A DNA stretch of 64,000 nucleotides, from NCBI GenBank assembly GCA_934167495.1, contig CAKPKP010000004.1, positions 48,148-112,147 of the forward strand, read 5' to 3'. Below the pieces are notes generated by a model. It was not told the DNA's origin. It saw only the letters and a program-made list of their open reading frames with translations, and did not search any database. A program made the position numbers and the translations under genes. Source of the DNA: an uncultured Clostridia bacterium. GTDB taxonomy: Bacteria; Bacillota; Clostridia; TANB77; CAG-508. Shown piece by piece: positions 1 through 11,018 of this stretch. Each line of letters opens with the position of its first letter. Positions within the stretch are counted from its first letter, which is position 1.

Positions 1-656
1 AATGGCATTAATTTTATAATTAAATATCCTATCACTAAAAAAGCAATAAAATTAAACAATCTTGCCAAATATACTGCAAGTACTATATTCAAATTAAATA
101 TTCTTCCAATGAAAAATCCTAAACTTGAAAAAATATATAATATCGGAGAATAGCTTTGTGCAGAAGTATATGTTTCAATTACTACATTATAATTAGTTTT
201 GCTATTTGCAGTATTTTCTAAATCTGTATAATTGTCATGTTCTGTATTAAAGCCTGTTGCAAGAATAAATGGTACTTCTATTTTTGATTCTCCATCTTTA
301 TCTATTTTTGTTATAATATTTTCTTGTGACACATCATAAGCCTTATACATATGCATAAGTTCATCTGGTACGTAGTTTGGCATCAAAAATATTTGATACA
401 TAATTCCAATTGGAATCATAAAAATTAAAAAATAAATTTCTAATTTTCCTTTATTTTTTATAATATTGTAAATAATTATAGTTAATATCAATATTGCAAC
501 TGCAATAATTAATATAATTTCAATAAAATTCGTTTCGCCTTTATATTTATAATTATATAAAACATTTAATATATTAGCTGATAGTAATATACTTAATATA
601 AGCTCTATAAATATATTTGTTCTTTTAAACATATCTTCAATCTTTATTTTTATCAT
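1..656 (-). CDS. Integral membrane protein, N-terminal part only (ORF runs off the left edge); possibly DUF2142-like
   Basis: My own minus-strand translation from ATG at 656..654 (MIKIKIEDMFKRTNIFIELILSILL...) stays open to position 3. It has several hydrophobic helices and a PDELMH loop. It is absent from the ORF track because it has no stop in the window. Confidence 0.55.
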   Translation of the reverse strand, partial: MIKIKIEDMFKRTNIFIELILSILLSANILNVLYNYKYKGETNFIEIILIIAVAILILTIIIYNIIKNKGKLEIYFLIFMIPIGIMYQIFLMPNYVPDELMHMYKAYDVSQENIITKIDKDGESKIEVPFILATGFNTEHDNYTDLENTANSKTNYNVVIETYTSAQSYSPILYIFSSLGFFIGRIFNLNIVLAVYLARLFNFIAFLVIGYLIIKLMP

Positions 657-779
657 ATTCTTATCCTTTTTATTAATTTATATAATTTTATACATTTCAT
701 TATTATTTGTCAATAATTGCAGGCTTCCAACTAATAATATTTAAAACATTTTAAAGCTCCGCTTCTTATATTAGAGAAC

Positions 780-880
780 AATAGTGGGCTGATTAAATTT
801 TTCCATATTTTAAATTGTAGAGTTCAGCCCACGTTTAATTGTTCGTGTGCGAAATTTGCAAAGCAAATTTCTGTATAATA
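780..880 (+). repeat. Dispersed intergenic repeat, longest copy (module 1 hairpin GTGGGCTGA/TCAGCCCAC plus module 2 hairpin GAAATTTGC-AAA-GCAAATTTC)
   Basis: Aligns by eye with 39239-39310, 48255-48290, 19424-19515 and 56566-56605 (inverted). Confidence 0.7.
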
Positions 881-881
881 T

Positions 882-917
882 AAAAAGGCGAGGTAAAATC
901 TTACCTCGCCTAAAAAA
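882..917 (-). terminator. Rho-independent terminator downstream of the 926..1729 gene
   Basis: Stem AGGCGAGGTAA / TTACCTCGCCT with a 4-nt loop, flanked by A and T runs. Confidence 0.7.
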
Positions 918-925
918 GTTAGTTT

Positions 926-1729
926 TTAGTCAATCCATTCATGAAAGAAAACAACGTTTTCAATCATAGTGGTTCCTGAAATATGCTCATTAAAATAAGC
1001 ATTTGTTTCATCTGAGCAATAATTAGGAGCATAAAAACCTATCGCCCCGCCTATTGCATCATATGTAACATCATACCCCATTAAAGCAGTATTTACAGCA
1101 TCATAAACAGATGCTGTTAAATCACTTACTTCAACAGACCTACGAATCCTCCTTCCATCTTCTGTGTAATCAGTGAATTTAAATTCTCCATCTCCAAATC
1201 TTCCAGAATAAAGAATGTCATTCATTGATACACTTTCTTGCTGCATTTGATGAATTGCAGCAGAAGCGCAAGCATTTTGCATTTCCCATGAGCAATGTCC
1301 AGATTCAGCGAATGTCATTCGACACAAGTCATAATATTCCTCTGCTGAAATAGTAACCACTGAATTTTCTAACACATCTGTTAATGAAAAATTCAAGGCT
1401 TCCATTTCTTCTACATTATTAGATAATGCCTTAGAGGATCTTGCTACCGTTGCCATTAACTCGTAATATGGGGCAGATAAAACAGACTTCTCAATTTTTT
1501 GCCTTTTAGTAGAAGCCAATTCTCTCTGTATATTTCTTTGACGTACTTCTTTTGCGTATAATGCTGCTTCTTCTGCTGCTCTCGTGTTTTCATAGATAGC
1601 TGTTTCTTCAGTATAATTAGAATATTCTAAAGCATACACCTTTCCTTGTGCAAAAAGCACAAAAGAAAAACACGAAGCCAACATCACTCCTTTCAAAAAA
1701 TTCCGATGAAACTGACTTTCCTTTTCCAA
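926..1729 (-). CDS. Secreted protein with a C-terminal cell-wall hydrolase-like (SleB/CwlJ, Hydrolase_2-type) domain
   Basis: N-terminal signal-like segment (VMLASCFSFVLFAQG). The CRMTFAESGH...QNACASAAIHQ core resembles the Hydrolase_2 motif. TTG start follows GGAAGG. Noticeably GC-richer than its neighbours. Confidence 0.5.
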   Translation of the reverse strand: MEKESQFHRNFLKGVMLASCFSFVLFAQGKVYALEYSNYTEETAIYENTRAAEEAALYAKEVRQRNIQRELASTKRQKIEKSVLSAPYYELMATVARSSKALSNNVEEMEALNFSLTDVLENSVVTISAEEYYDLCRMTFAESGHCSWEMQNACASAAIHQMQQESVSMNDILYSGRFGDGEFKFTDYTEDGRRIRRSVEVSDLTASVYDAVNTALMGYDVTYDAIGGAIGFYAPNYCSDETNAYFNEHISGTTMIENVVFFHEWID

Positions 1730-1930
1730 AACTTTACCTTCCTTTTTATTTTATTTAGTCAAACTGACCATAAAATATATTATACACCTATTATAATACT
1801 TTGGCAACCCCCTGATTTACAAAAAATGTAAAATTATTATTGTTTTTTTCACATTTTTAATTTTATTATTCACCTTTGAAAAAAATAGTGCTATAATTAC
1901 TCATTATACTTTCGAAAGGATTCTTATTTT

Positions 1931-2824
1931 ATGAAAATTGAATATAAAGTTGAAAATAACAAATACTTAAATATAAAGCAATTATTAAAAGAATATTATT
2001 TAATGTCTGATAGATTAATATTAAAATTAAAAAATTCAAAACAGATTTACTTAAATGGTAAATCTGTTTATGTTACTGCTGCTCTTAATTTAAATGATAT
2101 TGTTTATATAGATTTAGAATTTGAAGAAGATAACTCTAATATAGTACCAATAAAAATGGATTTAAATATTATATATGAGGATGATTATTATATAGTAATT
2201 GATAAACCAGCTGGAATTCCTGTTCATCCATCAGCTAGTCATTATGATAATACTTTATCAAACGGATTAAAATATTATTTTGACACTATATCTTTACATA
2301 AAAAAATCAGACCTGTTAATAGATTAGATAAAGACACATCTGGAATTGTTATTTTTGCCAAAAGTGAATATATTCAAGAATGTTTAATTAAGCAAATGAA
2401 ATCAGGTGATTTTAAAAAAGAATATATCGCTATACTAGATGGAATTTTAGATGAAAATATAGGAAAAATTGATGCTCCAATTTCTAGAAAAAGTGATAGC
2501 ATCATTGAAAGAGAAATTTCTTCACTTGGAGATAATGCTATTACTCATTTTGAAGTCATAAGTCATTTCAACAATTTCACTTTAGTAAGTTTTAAATTAG
2601 AAACTGGTAGAACACATCAAATTCGTGTTCATAGTAAATATATTTCACACCCAATACTTGGTGATACACTTTATGGAAAACCTTCGGAATTAATTGATAG
2701 ACAAGCACTTCATGCATGTAGAGTAGAGTTTATTCATCCTATATTTAAAGAACCTGTTTCATATACTTCTTCTCTTCCAAAAGACATACAAAAAATACTA
2801 AATATATATAATTTTAAAATTTAA
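1931..2824 (+). CDS. RluA-family pseudouridine synthase (S4-like N-terminus plus catalytic domain, RluD-like)
   Basis: Motifs NRLDKDTSGIVIFAK and ETGRTHQIRVH. Confidence 0.88.
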   Translation: MKIEYKVENNKYLNIKQLLKEYYLMSDRLILKLKNSKQIYLNGKSVYVTAALNLNDIVYIDLEFEEDNSNIVPIKMDLNIIYEDDYYIVIDKPAGIPVHPSASHYDNTLSNGLKYYFDTISLHKKIRPVNRLDKDTSGIVIFAKSEYIQECLIKQMKSGDFKKEYIAILDGILDENIGKIDAPISRKSDSIIEREISSLGDNAITHFEVISHFNNFTLVSFKLETGRTHQIRVHSKYISHPILGDTLYGKPSELIDRQALHACRVEFIHPIFKEPVSYTSSLPKDIQKILNIYNFKI

Positions 2825-2932
2825 AAATATATTTTTTTATTGTTGTTTTTTAATATTCTTTGTGGTAAAATTTCTTCGATATATGTATAGCATATATTTT
2901 TATGCAAAAAATATTATTTGAGGAGGTTTTAA

Positions 2933-5167
2933 ATGAAATATAGTGAATGGAATGGTTTTAATGGAGGAGAATGGGAGAATGAAATAAATGTAAGAAGTTT
3001 CATTCAAAGTAACTACACTCCATATGAAGGTGACTCTAGCTTTTTAACAGAAGCCACTGAAACAACAAAAAACTTATGGAATAAAGTATTAGATTTATAT
3101 AAAAAAGAAAAAGAAAATGGTGGTGTATTAGATATTTCTGATGACATCGCATCTACAATAACAAGCCATGAAGCTGGATATATTGAAAAAGATTTAGAAA
3201 AAATAGTAGGTCTTCAAACAGATGCTCCTTTAAAAAGAGCTATTATGCCTAATGGTGGTATTAGAATAGTTGAAAAATCTTGTGAAGCTTATAATAGAAA
3301 AGTTTCAGATAAAATAGAAGATATTTATCATAATTATAGAAGAACTCATAATGATGGTGTATTCACAGCATATACACCAGATATAAGAGCTGCTAGAAGC
3401 TCTCACTTAATAACAGGTTTACCAGATGGATATGGTAGAGGAAGAATTATTGGTGATTATAGAAGAGTTGCTCTTTATGGTGTTGATAGATTAATAGAAG
3501 AAAAGAAAAAACAAATGGAAAGTTTAGAAGTTCCTTCTATGACTGAAGAATTTATAAGAGAACGTGAAGAAACTTATGATCAAATTTCTGCACTTAATGA
3601 ATTAAAAGTTATGGCTCAAAAATATGGATTTGATATATCTAGACCTGCTTCAAATTCTAAAGAGGCTGTTCAATGGACATACTTTGCTTATCTTGGAGCA
3701 ATTAAAGAGCAAAATGGTGCTGCAATGAGCCTTGGTAGAACATCTACTTTCTTAGATATTTATTTTGAAAGAGATTTAAAAGCAGGATATATTACAGAAC
3801 AAGAAATCCAAGAAATCATGGATCACTTTGTTATGAAATTAAGACTAGTAAGATTTTTAAGAACACCTGAATATGATGAATTATTCAGTGGAGATCCAGT
3901 TTGGGTGACAGAATCTATAGGTGGTATGGGAATTGACGGAAGAACATTAGTTACAAAAAATTCATTTAGAGTACTTCATACTTTAACAACACTTGGTCCT
4001 GCTCCAGAACCAAACTTAACAGTATTATGGTCTACTCGCCTACCTGAAGGATTTAAAAAATATTGTGCAAAAATGTCTATTTCAACAAGTTCTATTCAAT
4101 ATGAAAATGATGATTTAATGAGAGAATACTGGGGTGACGATTATGGAATAGCTTGTTGTGTATCTGCAATGAGAATTGGTAAACAAATGCAATTCTTTGG
4201 AGCAAGAGCAAACTTAGCAAAAACTTTATTATATGCTATAAACGGTGGTAGAGATGAAGTTTCTGGAAAACAAGTTACTACAAGATTTGAACCAATAACA
4301 TCTGAATATTTAAATTATGACGAAGTTTGGGCAAAATTTGATACAATGATGGATTGGGTTGCAAAAGTTTATATAAATGCTTTAAATATAATTCATTATA
4401 TGCATGATAAATATGCTTATGAAAAATTAGAAATGGCTTTACATGATAAAGACATTTTAAGAACAATGGCTTGTGGTATTGCTGGTCTATCTGTTGTTGC
4501 TGATTCATTCTCTGCAATGAAGTATGCAAAAGTTAAAGTAATTAGAGATGAAACTGGACTAGCTGTTGATTATCAAGTTGAAGGTGACTTCCCTAAATAC
4601 GGAAACGACGACGATAGAGTTGATAGTATAGCTGTTGAAATAATGAAGACTTTCATGAACAAATTAAGAAAACAAAGAACTTATAGAAATGCAAAACCAA
4701 CTATGTCTGTTCTTACAATAACTTCTAATGTTGTTTATGGTAAAGCTACAGGAAATACACCAGACGGTAGAAGAGCTGGAGCTCCATTCGGACCTGGTGC
4801 AAACCCATTACATGGTAGAGATACAAATGGTGCTTTAGCTGTGTTAAACACAATGACAAAATTACCTTACAGACATGCTGAAGATGGAATATCATATACA
4901 TTTGCAATAGTTCCTTCTGCTTTAGGACATGATGAAGAAACAAGAATTTCTAATTTAACATCTTTATTAGATGGATACTTTGGAAAATTCAGTCATCATA
5001 TAAATGTTAATGTTTTTGATAGAGCTCTACTAGAAGATGCTATGGAACATCCTGAAAAATACCCTCAACTTACTATTAGAGTATCTGGATATGCTGTTAA
5101 CTTTGTAAAATTAACAAGAGAACAACAATTAGACGTAATAAATAGAACAATACATGAAAGAATATAA
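2933..5167 (+). CDS. pflB: Formate C-acetyltransferase (pyruvate formate-lyase)
   Basis: 744 aa. Glycyl-radical motif RVSGYAVNF near the C-terminus, active-site ACCVS, GGAGG RBS. Confidence 0.95.
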   Translation: MKYSEWNGFNGGEWENEINVRSFIQSNYTPYEGDSSFLTEATETTKNLWNKVLDLYKKEKENGGVLDISDDIASTITSHEAGYIEKDLEKIVGLQTDAPLKRAIMPNGGIRIVEKSCEAYNRKVSDKIEDIYHNYRRTHNDGVFTAYTPDIRAARSSHLITGLPDGYGRGRIIGDYRRVALYGVDRLIEEKKKQMESLEVPSMTEEFIREREETYDQISALNELKVMAQKYGFDISRPASNSKEAVQWTYFAYLGAIKEQNGAAMSLGRTSTFLDIYFERDLKAGYITEQEIQEIMDHFVMKLRLVRFLRTPEYDELFSGDPVWVTESIGGMGIDGRTLVTKNSFRVLHTLTTLGPAPEPNLTVLWSTRLPEGFKKYCAKMSISTSSIQYENDDLMREYWGDDYGIACCVSAMRIGKQMQFFGARANLAKTLLYAINGGRDEVSGKQVTTRFEPITSEYLNYDEVWAKFDTMMDWVAKVYINALNIIHYMHDKYAYEKLEMALHDKDILRTMACGIAGLSVVADSFSAMKYAKVKVIRDETGLAVDYQVEGDFPKYGNDDDRVDSIAVEIMKTFMNKLRKQRTYRNAKPTMSVLTITSNVVYGKATGNTPDGRRAGAPFGPGANPLHGRDTNGALAVLNTMTKLPYRHAEDGISYTFAIVPSALGHDEETRISNLTSLLDGYFGKFSHHINVNVFDRALLEDAMEHPEKYPQLTIRVSGYAVNFVKLTREQQLDVINRTIHERI

Positions 5168-5251
5168 TATATAATTTTTAGGGTAGTCACATATTGTGTC
5201 TACCCTACCTTTAAAAATATATCTTTTTAATATTTTTTACTTGGAGGCTTT

Positions 5252-5986
5252 ATGGAAGAATTAGATATTACACAAAACGCATATATTCACTCTATTGAGT
5301 CCTTTGGAACTGTTGATGGTCCTGGAATTAGATTTGTAATATTTATGCAAGGCTGTGTTTTAAAATGTAAATATTGTCATAATAGAGACACTTGGAGTTT
5401 AAAAGGTGGTTCTATTATGAATGTAGATGATTTAATATCTGAAATATTAAGATATAAATCTTATATGGATTATTCAGGTGGCGGAGTTACTGTTTCAGGA
5501 GGCGAACCTTTAATTCAGGCTAAATTTTTAATAACTCTTTTTTCTAAGTTACATTCTCTTGGAATTCATACAACACTTGATACGTCTGGTAGTTTACCTT
5601 TAACTGATGATATAAAAGAATTATTAAAACATACTGATTTAGTACTTCTAGATATTAAACACATTGATAACGAAAAATGTATAGACCTTACTTCTAAACC
5701 AAATATAAATAATCTTAACTTTGCTAGATATCTAAGTGAAAATAATATTTCTGTTTGGATTAGACAAGTTCTAGTTCCTGGAATTACAGACGATTATAAT
5801 GATTTATTAAAACTAAAAGAATTTTTATCAACATTAAAAAACATAAAGAAAATTGAATTCTTGCCTTATCATAATATGGGAATGTTTAAATGGAAACAAT
5901 TAAATCAACCTTACCCTTTAGAAGGTGTAAGAGAAGCAAATTCAGATGATGTAAAAAGAGCAAAAGAAATTCTTGGATTAGAATAA
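5252..5986 (+). CDS. pflA: Pyruvate formate-lyase activating enzyme (radical SAM)
   Basis: CxxxCxxC cluster (CVLKCKYCHN), GGGVTVSGGEP, directly downstream of pflB. Confidence 0.93.
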   Translation: MEELDITQNAYIHSIESFGTVDGPGIRFVIFMQGCVLKCKYCHNRDTWSLKGGSIMNVDDLISEILRYKSYMDYSGGGVTVSGGEPLIQAKFLITLFSKLHSLGIHTTLDTSGSLPLTDDIKELLKHTDLVLLDIKHIDNEKCIDLTSKPNINNLNFARYLSENNISVWIRQVLVPGITDDYNDLLKLKEFLSTLKNIKKIEFLPYHNMGMFKWKQLNQPYPLEGVREANSDDVKRAKEILGLE

Positions 5987-6071
5987 TTTTTCTCATTATA
6001 TAGTTTTCCCACAATAAATGTTACAACAAATTATTAAATTATGCATATAAATATTTTATAGGAGGTATTAT

Positions 6072-7064
6072 ATGAAAAATTATAAATTAGCTATTGTTGG
6101 TGCTACTGGGCTTGTAGGAAGAACAGCTTTAAAAGTATTAGACGAATTTAATCTACCTATTTCAGAATATGTATTTTTTGCATCTAAAAATTCAGCTGGA
6201 ACTACTTTATATTTTAAAAACAAAGAATATACTGTTTATGAACTAAAAGACGATTCTTTTGACCAAGGATTTGACTTTGCGATATTTTCAGCAGGAGCTG
6301 ATACTGCTAAACACTTTGCTCCTATTGCTGCTTCTAAAGGTTGTATAGTAGTAGATAATAGTAGTGCTTTTAGAATGGATAATAATGTTCCACTTGTTGT
6401 TCCTGAAGTAAATCCAAAAGAAATATTTAAAAACAATGGTATAATAGCCAACCCTAATTGTTCTACAATTCAAGCTGTTGTTGCTTTAAAACCATTAGAT
6501 GATAAATATGGAATAAAAAGAGTGGTTTATTCAACTTACCAAGCTGTATCAGGAGCTGGTCAAAAAGGAATTAAAGATTTTGAAAATGGTATTAAAGGAG
6601 AAGCTCCACAAAAATTCCCTTACCCTATTTTCAACAATTGTATTCCTCAAATTGATGTATTTTTAGATAACGGATATACAAAAGAAGAAATGAAGATGAT
6701 TAATGAAACTAGAAAAATCTTATCTAAACCAGATTTAAAAGTAACAGCTACAACTGTAAGAGTTCCTGTTATTAACTCACACAGTGAATCAATAAATGTA
6801 GAATTTGAGAAAAACTTTAATTTACAAGATTTAATTAATACATTAAAAAGATCTGATGGAATTATTGTTAAAGATGATATAAAATCTGAAATCTACCCTC
6901 TTGCTCTTGATGCTACTGGAAATAATGAAGTTTTCATTGGTAGAATTCGTAGAGATGATAGTGTTCCTTACGGAATTAATATGTGGGTTGTTGCAGATAA
7001 TATCAGAAAAGGAGCAGCTACAAATGCTGTTCAAATAGTAAAAAAATTAATAGAAGGAAAATAA
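6072..7064 (+). CDS. asd: Aspartate-semialdehyde dehydrogenase
   Basis: N-terminal GATGLVGR NAD fold, active-site NPNCSTIQ, 330 aa. Confidence 0.92.
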   Translation: MKNYKLAIVGATGLVGRTALKVLDEFNLPISEYVFFASKNSAGTTLYFKNKEYTVYELKDDSFDQGFDFAIFSAGADTAKHFAPIAASKGCIVVDNSSAFRMDNNVPLVVPEVNPKEIFKNNGIIANPNCSTIQAVVALKPLDDKYGIKRVVYSTYQAVSGAGQKGIKDFENGIKGEAPQKFPYPIFNNCIPQIDVFLDNGYTKEEMKMINETRKILSKPDLKVTATTVRVPVINSHSESINVEFEKNFNLQDLINTLKRSDGIIVKDDIKSEIYPLALDATGNNEVFIGRIRRDDSVPYGINMWVVADNIRKGAATNAVQIVKKLIEGK

Positions 7065-7070
7065 TAATAT

Positions 7071-7962
7071 ATGAGAAAATTAACTGTACCAGAAAAATAT
7101 AATAATAAAAAATTAACAACATTTCTTTTAGATTCTTTTAGTAACTTAAATATTAATACAATATTTAAAACTCTAAGAAAAAAAGATATTAGAGTTAATA
7201 ATATTAAAATATCAGAAAATATAATAGTACATACAAATGACACTGTTACAGTTTTCATTCCAGATAATATATTATTTGGCGATTCTATAAATTTTAAAAT
7301 AGTCTATGAGGATGAAAATATTTTAATAGTCAATAAACCTTCTGGTATATCTGTGACGGAAAATTCTAATTTAGAAATAACTTTAACAGATTTATTAAAT
7401 GAAAAATACCCTGAAAATGACATTAAACCATGTCATAGACTAGATAGAAATACTTCTGGATTAATTTTATTTGCCAAAAACGAAGTTTCTTTAAATATTT
7501 TAAATGATGCTTTTAAAAACAAGGAAATAGCCAAATACTATAAATGCTGGGTTTACGGATTATTTAGTAAAAAAAGCTCTACTCTTACAGCATATTTATT
7601 TAAAGATACTAAAAAATCTTTTGTGTATATATCAGATGCTCAAAAACCTGGATATCAACAAATAATAACATCATACAAAGTTTTATCTGAAAACAAACAA
7701 AATAACACTTCTATTTTAGAAATAAAATTAGAAACTCGGTAAAACTCATCAGATAAGAGCTCATATGGCTCATATTGGCCATCCACTTATTGGAGATGGA
7801 AAATATGGAATAAATAAAGTAAATAAGCAGTTTAATTTAACATCACAAGCTCTTTGTGCTTACAAAATAAAATTTAACTTCAAAAAACAAAATGATTTAT
7901 TTTATTTAAATAATAAAGAATTTGAAATTAATGATAATTTATATAATACAAACAACTATTAA
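7071..7962 (+). pseudogene. RluA-family pseudouridine synthase interrupted by a single-base +1 frameshift at 7737 (track ORFs 7071..7742 and 7765..7962)
   Basis: HRLDRNTSGLILFAK lies in the first ORF. The invariant ETG(R/K)THQIR motif is split: GAA ACT [C] GGT AAA ACT CAT CAG ATA AGA. Skipping C7737 restores ...[27 protein letters not shown]. Confidence 0.88.
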
Positions 7963-7994
7963 TAAATTTTATGCAATTTAATCTTAATTAAAGT

Positions 7995-8031
7995 GGAATA
8001 AGTAAATAAATAACTTATTCCCTATTTTTTT
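7995..8031 (+). terminator. Rho-independent terminator after the RluA-family gene
   Basis: Stem GGAATAAGT / ACTTATTCC followed by a T7 run. Confidence 0.6.
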
Positions 8032-8168
8032 CACTACATATTATATTTTTTTGACTTTATTCTTTAAACAAGTTTCAATTATTAATTTTTTGAATATTAT
8101 AACTTATAATGCATAAGTAAAATACTTTTAGTAGATAATAGATTATATTGAAAGGAGAATAGAGAAAA

Positions 8169-9050
8169 GTGTTAAAATCATTTTGCGTAAAAACAAATAA
8201 TGAAAATATAATTAATTATCTACTAGAAAAATTCCAAGATATAAAATTAAACAATATCTTCATTTCAACTTGTAGCTTTAAAATCTATGATAACATCATT
8301 ATACATTATTATGGAGAAAATATAGATTTATTTTTTGATGAACTATCTAAGGCAATTGCAGATTGCATTTTAACATTTTATGAAAATAATATAATCAAAA
8401 AAACATTATATTTAAATTATTTTTATTTTACTGATGATGAACAGGAAAAAATTTTAAAAAAAGTTCATAATTCTTTTTCAGAAAATATAGAAGATTCAGA
8501 AACTAAAAACCTTTTCCTAATATCTGCTATAAAATCATATATATTAGCTAATAAATATATGATTTTAGATGGTTTTGTTAATTTCAGGATATACAAATAT
8601 TTGGAAGTTTTAGATTATATTATAGATAATTGCGTAAATGATTATTTAATAGAAAAGGAATATATTGAATTTGTTAATTTGCTAAAAATTTTTGTAAATT
8701 CTAGAATTCCAACAACTGATATAATACATTTAATATATACTAACTCTACTTCCATATTGCTAGATAAAGATTTGAATATAATTAATACAGACTCAGATAT
8801 TTTTAAAGCTAAATACTTATCTGATATAACATTTTCATCAAATGATTTTGCTTTAAATTCACTTTTAAATTTATTACCTAAAAAAATAGTTGTTCATATT
8901 ATAGACTCTGAAGATGATTTTATTGAAAGTTTAAAATTGATTTTTGAAAAACGTATTGTAATCTGCGATGATTGTAATATTTGTAACGTATATAAGCAAA
9001 TGAATAATAAAAGTAGTTTTATAAATAAATTCGTAAAAAAAGAACATTAA
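8169..9050 (+). CDS. ytxC: Sporulation protein YtxC-like
   Basis: About 290 aa. The central LDGFVNFRIYKYL...EKEYIEFVNLLKIFV resembles the YtxC family signature. GTG start 11 nt after GGAG. Confidence 0.55.
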   Translation: MLKSFCVKTNNENIINYLLEKFQDIKLNNIFISTCSFKIYDNIIIHYYGENIDLFFDELSKAIADCILTFYENNIIKKTLYLNYFYFTDDEQEKILKKVHNSFSENIEDSETKNLFLISAIKSYILANKYMILDGFVNFRIYKYLEVLDYIIDNCVNDYLIEKEYIEFVNLLKIFVNSRIPTTDIIHLIYTNSTSILLDKDLNIINTDSDIFKAKYLSDITFSSNDFALNSLLNLLPKKIVVHIIDSEDDFIESLKLIFEKRIVICDDCNICNVYKQMNNKSSFINKFVKKEH

Positions 9051-9051
9051 T

Positions 9052-9092
9052 GAAGTGAACCCAAATTGTTAAAACAAAACTGGGTTCACTTC
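9052..9092. terminator. Bidirectional terminator hairpin between convergent ytxC-like and gpr
   Basis: 12-bp stem GAAGTGAACCCA / TGGGTTCACTTC. Confidence 0.6.
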
Positions 9093-9132
9093 AAAACATT
9101 CTATAGTGCTCTTTTTTCTAGTAACTAAAAAA

Positions 9133-10068
9133 CTATAAACTCATATTTATTCCTTCTGCAACTACTTTTGTCATATTTTCTATAAGTTCATCTATTTCTT
9201 TTGGTGTTACTATAAAATTATAGTTATTTGGCATCAACGCTTCTCTTATTAATTCATATTTATCTTCTTCTTGTAATTTATTTAAATATTCGTTTGAATT
9301 TGCATCATCTTGTAACTTTTGAATTAATATATCTAAACTGTCAGCAGCAAGTGTTGCAGCTTCAACAACAGTAGGAATTCCTATTGCTATAACAGGCACT
9401 CCTAATGTATTTTCGGTTAATTCTTTTCTTGCATTATCAACTCCGGCACCAGGAATAATTCCAGTATCAGCTATTTGAATAGTACTACTTATTCTTTCTA
9501 TACTCTTAGAAGCCAAACTATCTATTACAACTATTAACTTTGGTTTTGTATTTTGAACTATACCTTGCAATATCTCTTGAGTTTCCATTCCTGTAGTTCC
9601 AAGTACTCCTGGAGAAATTGCACTTATTCCTCTAGCATTTTCATCTATATACTGTGGTAAATATTTCTTTATATGTCTTGTTATTTCTATATTTTGTACC
9701 ACTTTTGACCCCAAAGAATCTGGCGTTGAATATAAATTACCAAGACCCACTACTAAAACTTCATCTTCTTTATTAACATGCTTATCTACTAAAGCAGTTA
9801 ATTCTTCAGATATTGTTTTTGATATTTTTTCCATCTCTTCATCTGGTATGTTTCTAAGTTTTTTTACATCAATAGTTATATAATTACCTATTGGCTTTCC
9901 TATAGCCTGCGCCCCTTCTTCTGTAGTAACTTTTACTCTTGTTACTTTAATTTTATCTGAAATCTCGCTTTCTTCTGTTTCTATACCTGGAACTTCATCT
10001 TGTATTTTATTTGCTTTTTTGTAAATTTCTCTTCTTTCTACAGCTAAATCTGTTCTAAAATTATACAT
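9133..10068 (-). CDS. gpr: Germination protease (GPR endopeptidase)
   Basis: N-terminal FRTDLAVERREIY, about 311 aa, typical GPR architecture. Confidence 0.88.
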   Translation of the reverse strand: MYNFRTDLAVERREIYKKANKIQDEVPGIETEESEISDKIKVTRVKVTTEEGAQAIGKPIGNYITIDVKKLRNIPDEEMEKISKTISEELTALVDKHVNKEDEVLVVGLGNLYSTPDSLGSKVVQNIEITRHIKKYLPQYIDENARGISAISPGVLGTTGMETQEILQGIVQNTKPKLIVVIDSLASKSIERISSTIQIADTGIIPGAGVDNARKELTENTLGVPVIAIGIPTVVEAATLAADSLDILIQKLQDDANSNEYLNKLQEEDKYELIREALMPNNYNFIVTPKEIDELIENMTKVVAEGINMSL

Positions 10069-10131
10069 AATAAAAAACCTCCATTTTTATTTTGTTAAAA
10101 ATGGAGATTTTTTATTCATTTTAAATTTATA

Positions 10132-10857
10132 TTATTCTTCCCAATTGTGATATACGTTTGCAACATCATCTAATTCGTCTAATTGATCTAATAATATTTG
10201 CATTTTATTTCCAGCTGTTTCATCTAATGAAACATATGTATTTGGAACCATTTGTACTTCTGCTTCAATAAATGTTAAATTATTTTTTTCTAATTCTTCT
10301 CTTACTGCTGAGAAGTTTTCTGGAGCTGTTGTTATTTCATACACTTCATCTTCTGATGCAAAATCTTCTGCACCAGCTTCTATTGCTAGCATCATTAAAT
10401 CATCTTCACTCATTGAAACACTACTTTTTTCAATTACAATTACACCTTTTTTCTCAAACATATATGATACACAACCTGTTGTTCCCAAATTTCCACCGAA
10501 TTTATCAAAAATATGTCTTACATCAGCTGCTGTTCTATTTCTATTATTTGTTGTAGCATTAACTATTACAGCTACACCATTTATGCCATATCCTTCATAT
10601 ACTATTTCTTCATATGTTTCATCTGAACCTGCTCCTGAAGCTCTTTTTATAGCACTATTAATACTGTCGTTAGGCATATTATTTGCTTTACATTTAGCTA
10701 TAACGTCTTTTAATTTTGAATTTCCTGCTGGGTCTGGACCACCTTGTTTTACTGCAATTAATAATTCTCTTCCTAATTTTGTAAATATTTTTCCTCTAGC
10801 TGCATCAGCTTTTCCTTTTTTGGCTTGAATATTATGCCATTTGCTATGTCCTGACAT
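10132..10857 (-). CDS. yebC: YebC/PmpR-family DNA-binding transcriptional regulator
   Basis: [28 protein letters not shown]-terminus, 241 aa. Confidence 0.93.
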   Translation of the reverse strand: MSGHSKWHNIQAKKGKADAARGKIFTKLGRELLIAVKQGGPDPAGNSKLKDVIAKCKANNMPNDSINSAIKRASGAGSDETYEEIVYEGYGINGVAVIVNATTNNRNRTAADVRHIFDKFGGNLGTTGCVSYMFEKKGVIVIEKSSVSMSEDDLMMLAIEAGAEDFASEDEVYEITTAPENFSAVREELEKNNLTFIEAEVQMVPNTYVSLDETAGNKMQILLDQLDELDDVANVYHNWEE

Positions 10858-11018
10858 TTTTTGCTTCCTCCTTTTCTTTATACTAAGAGCTTTTCAGACT
10901 CTTTTTACACATATTTTTCTAAAAATTTCATTCTACATTGTAACACACTTTTTTTATTTTGTGTAGCCTTTTTCAATGATTTTTTAATTTTGTTACCATA
11001 ATCTTAGCACACACTCAT

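Noticed and set aside
7071-7962. Treating 7071..7742 and 7765..7962 as two independent genes
   Set aside because: The invariant ETGxTHQIR motif is continuous across the junction once one base is skipped. The second ORF's ATG has no RBS and falls in the middle of the catalytic domain.
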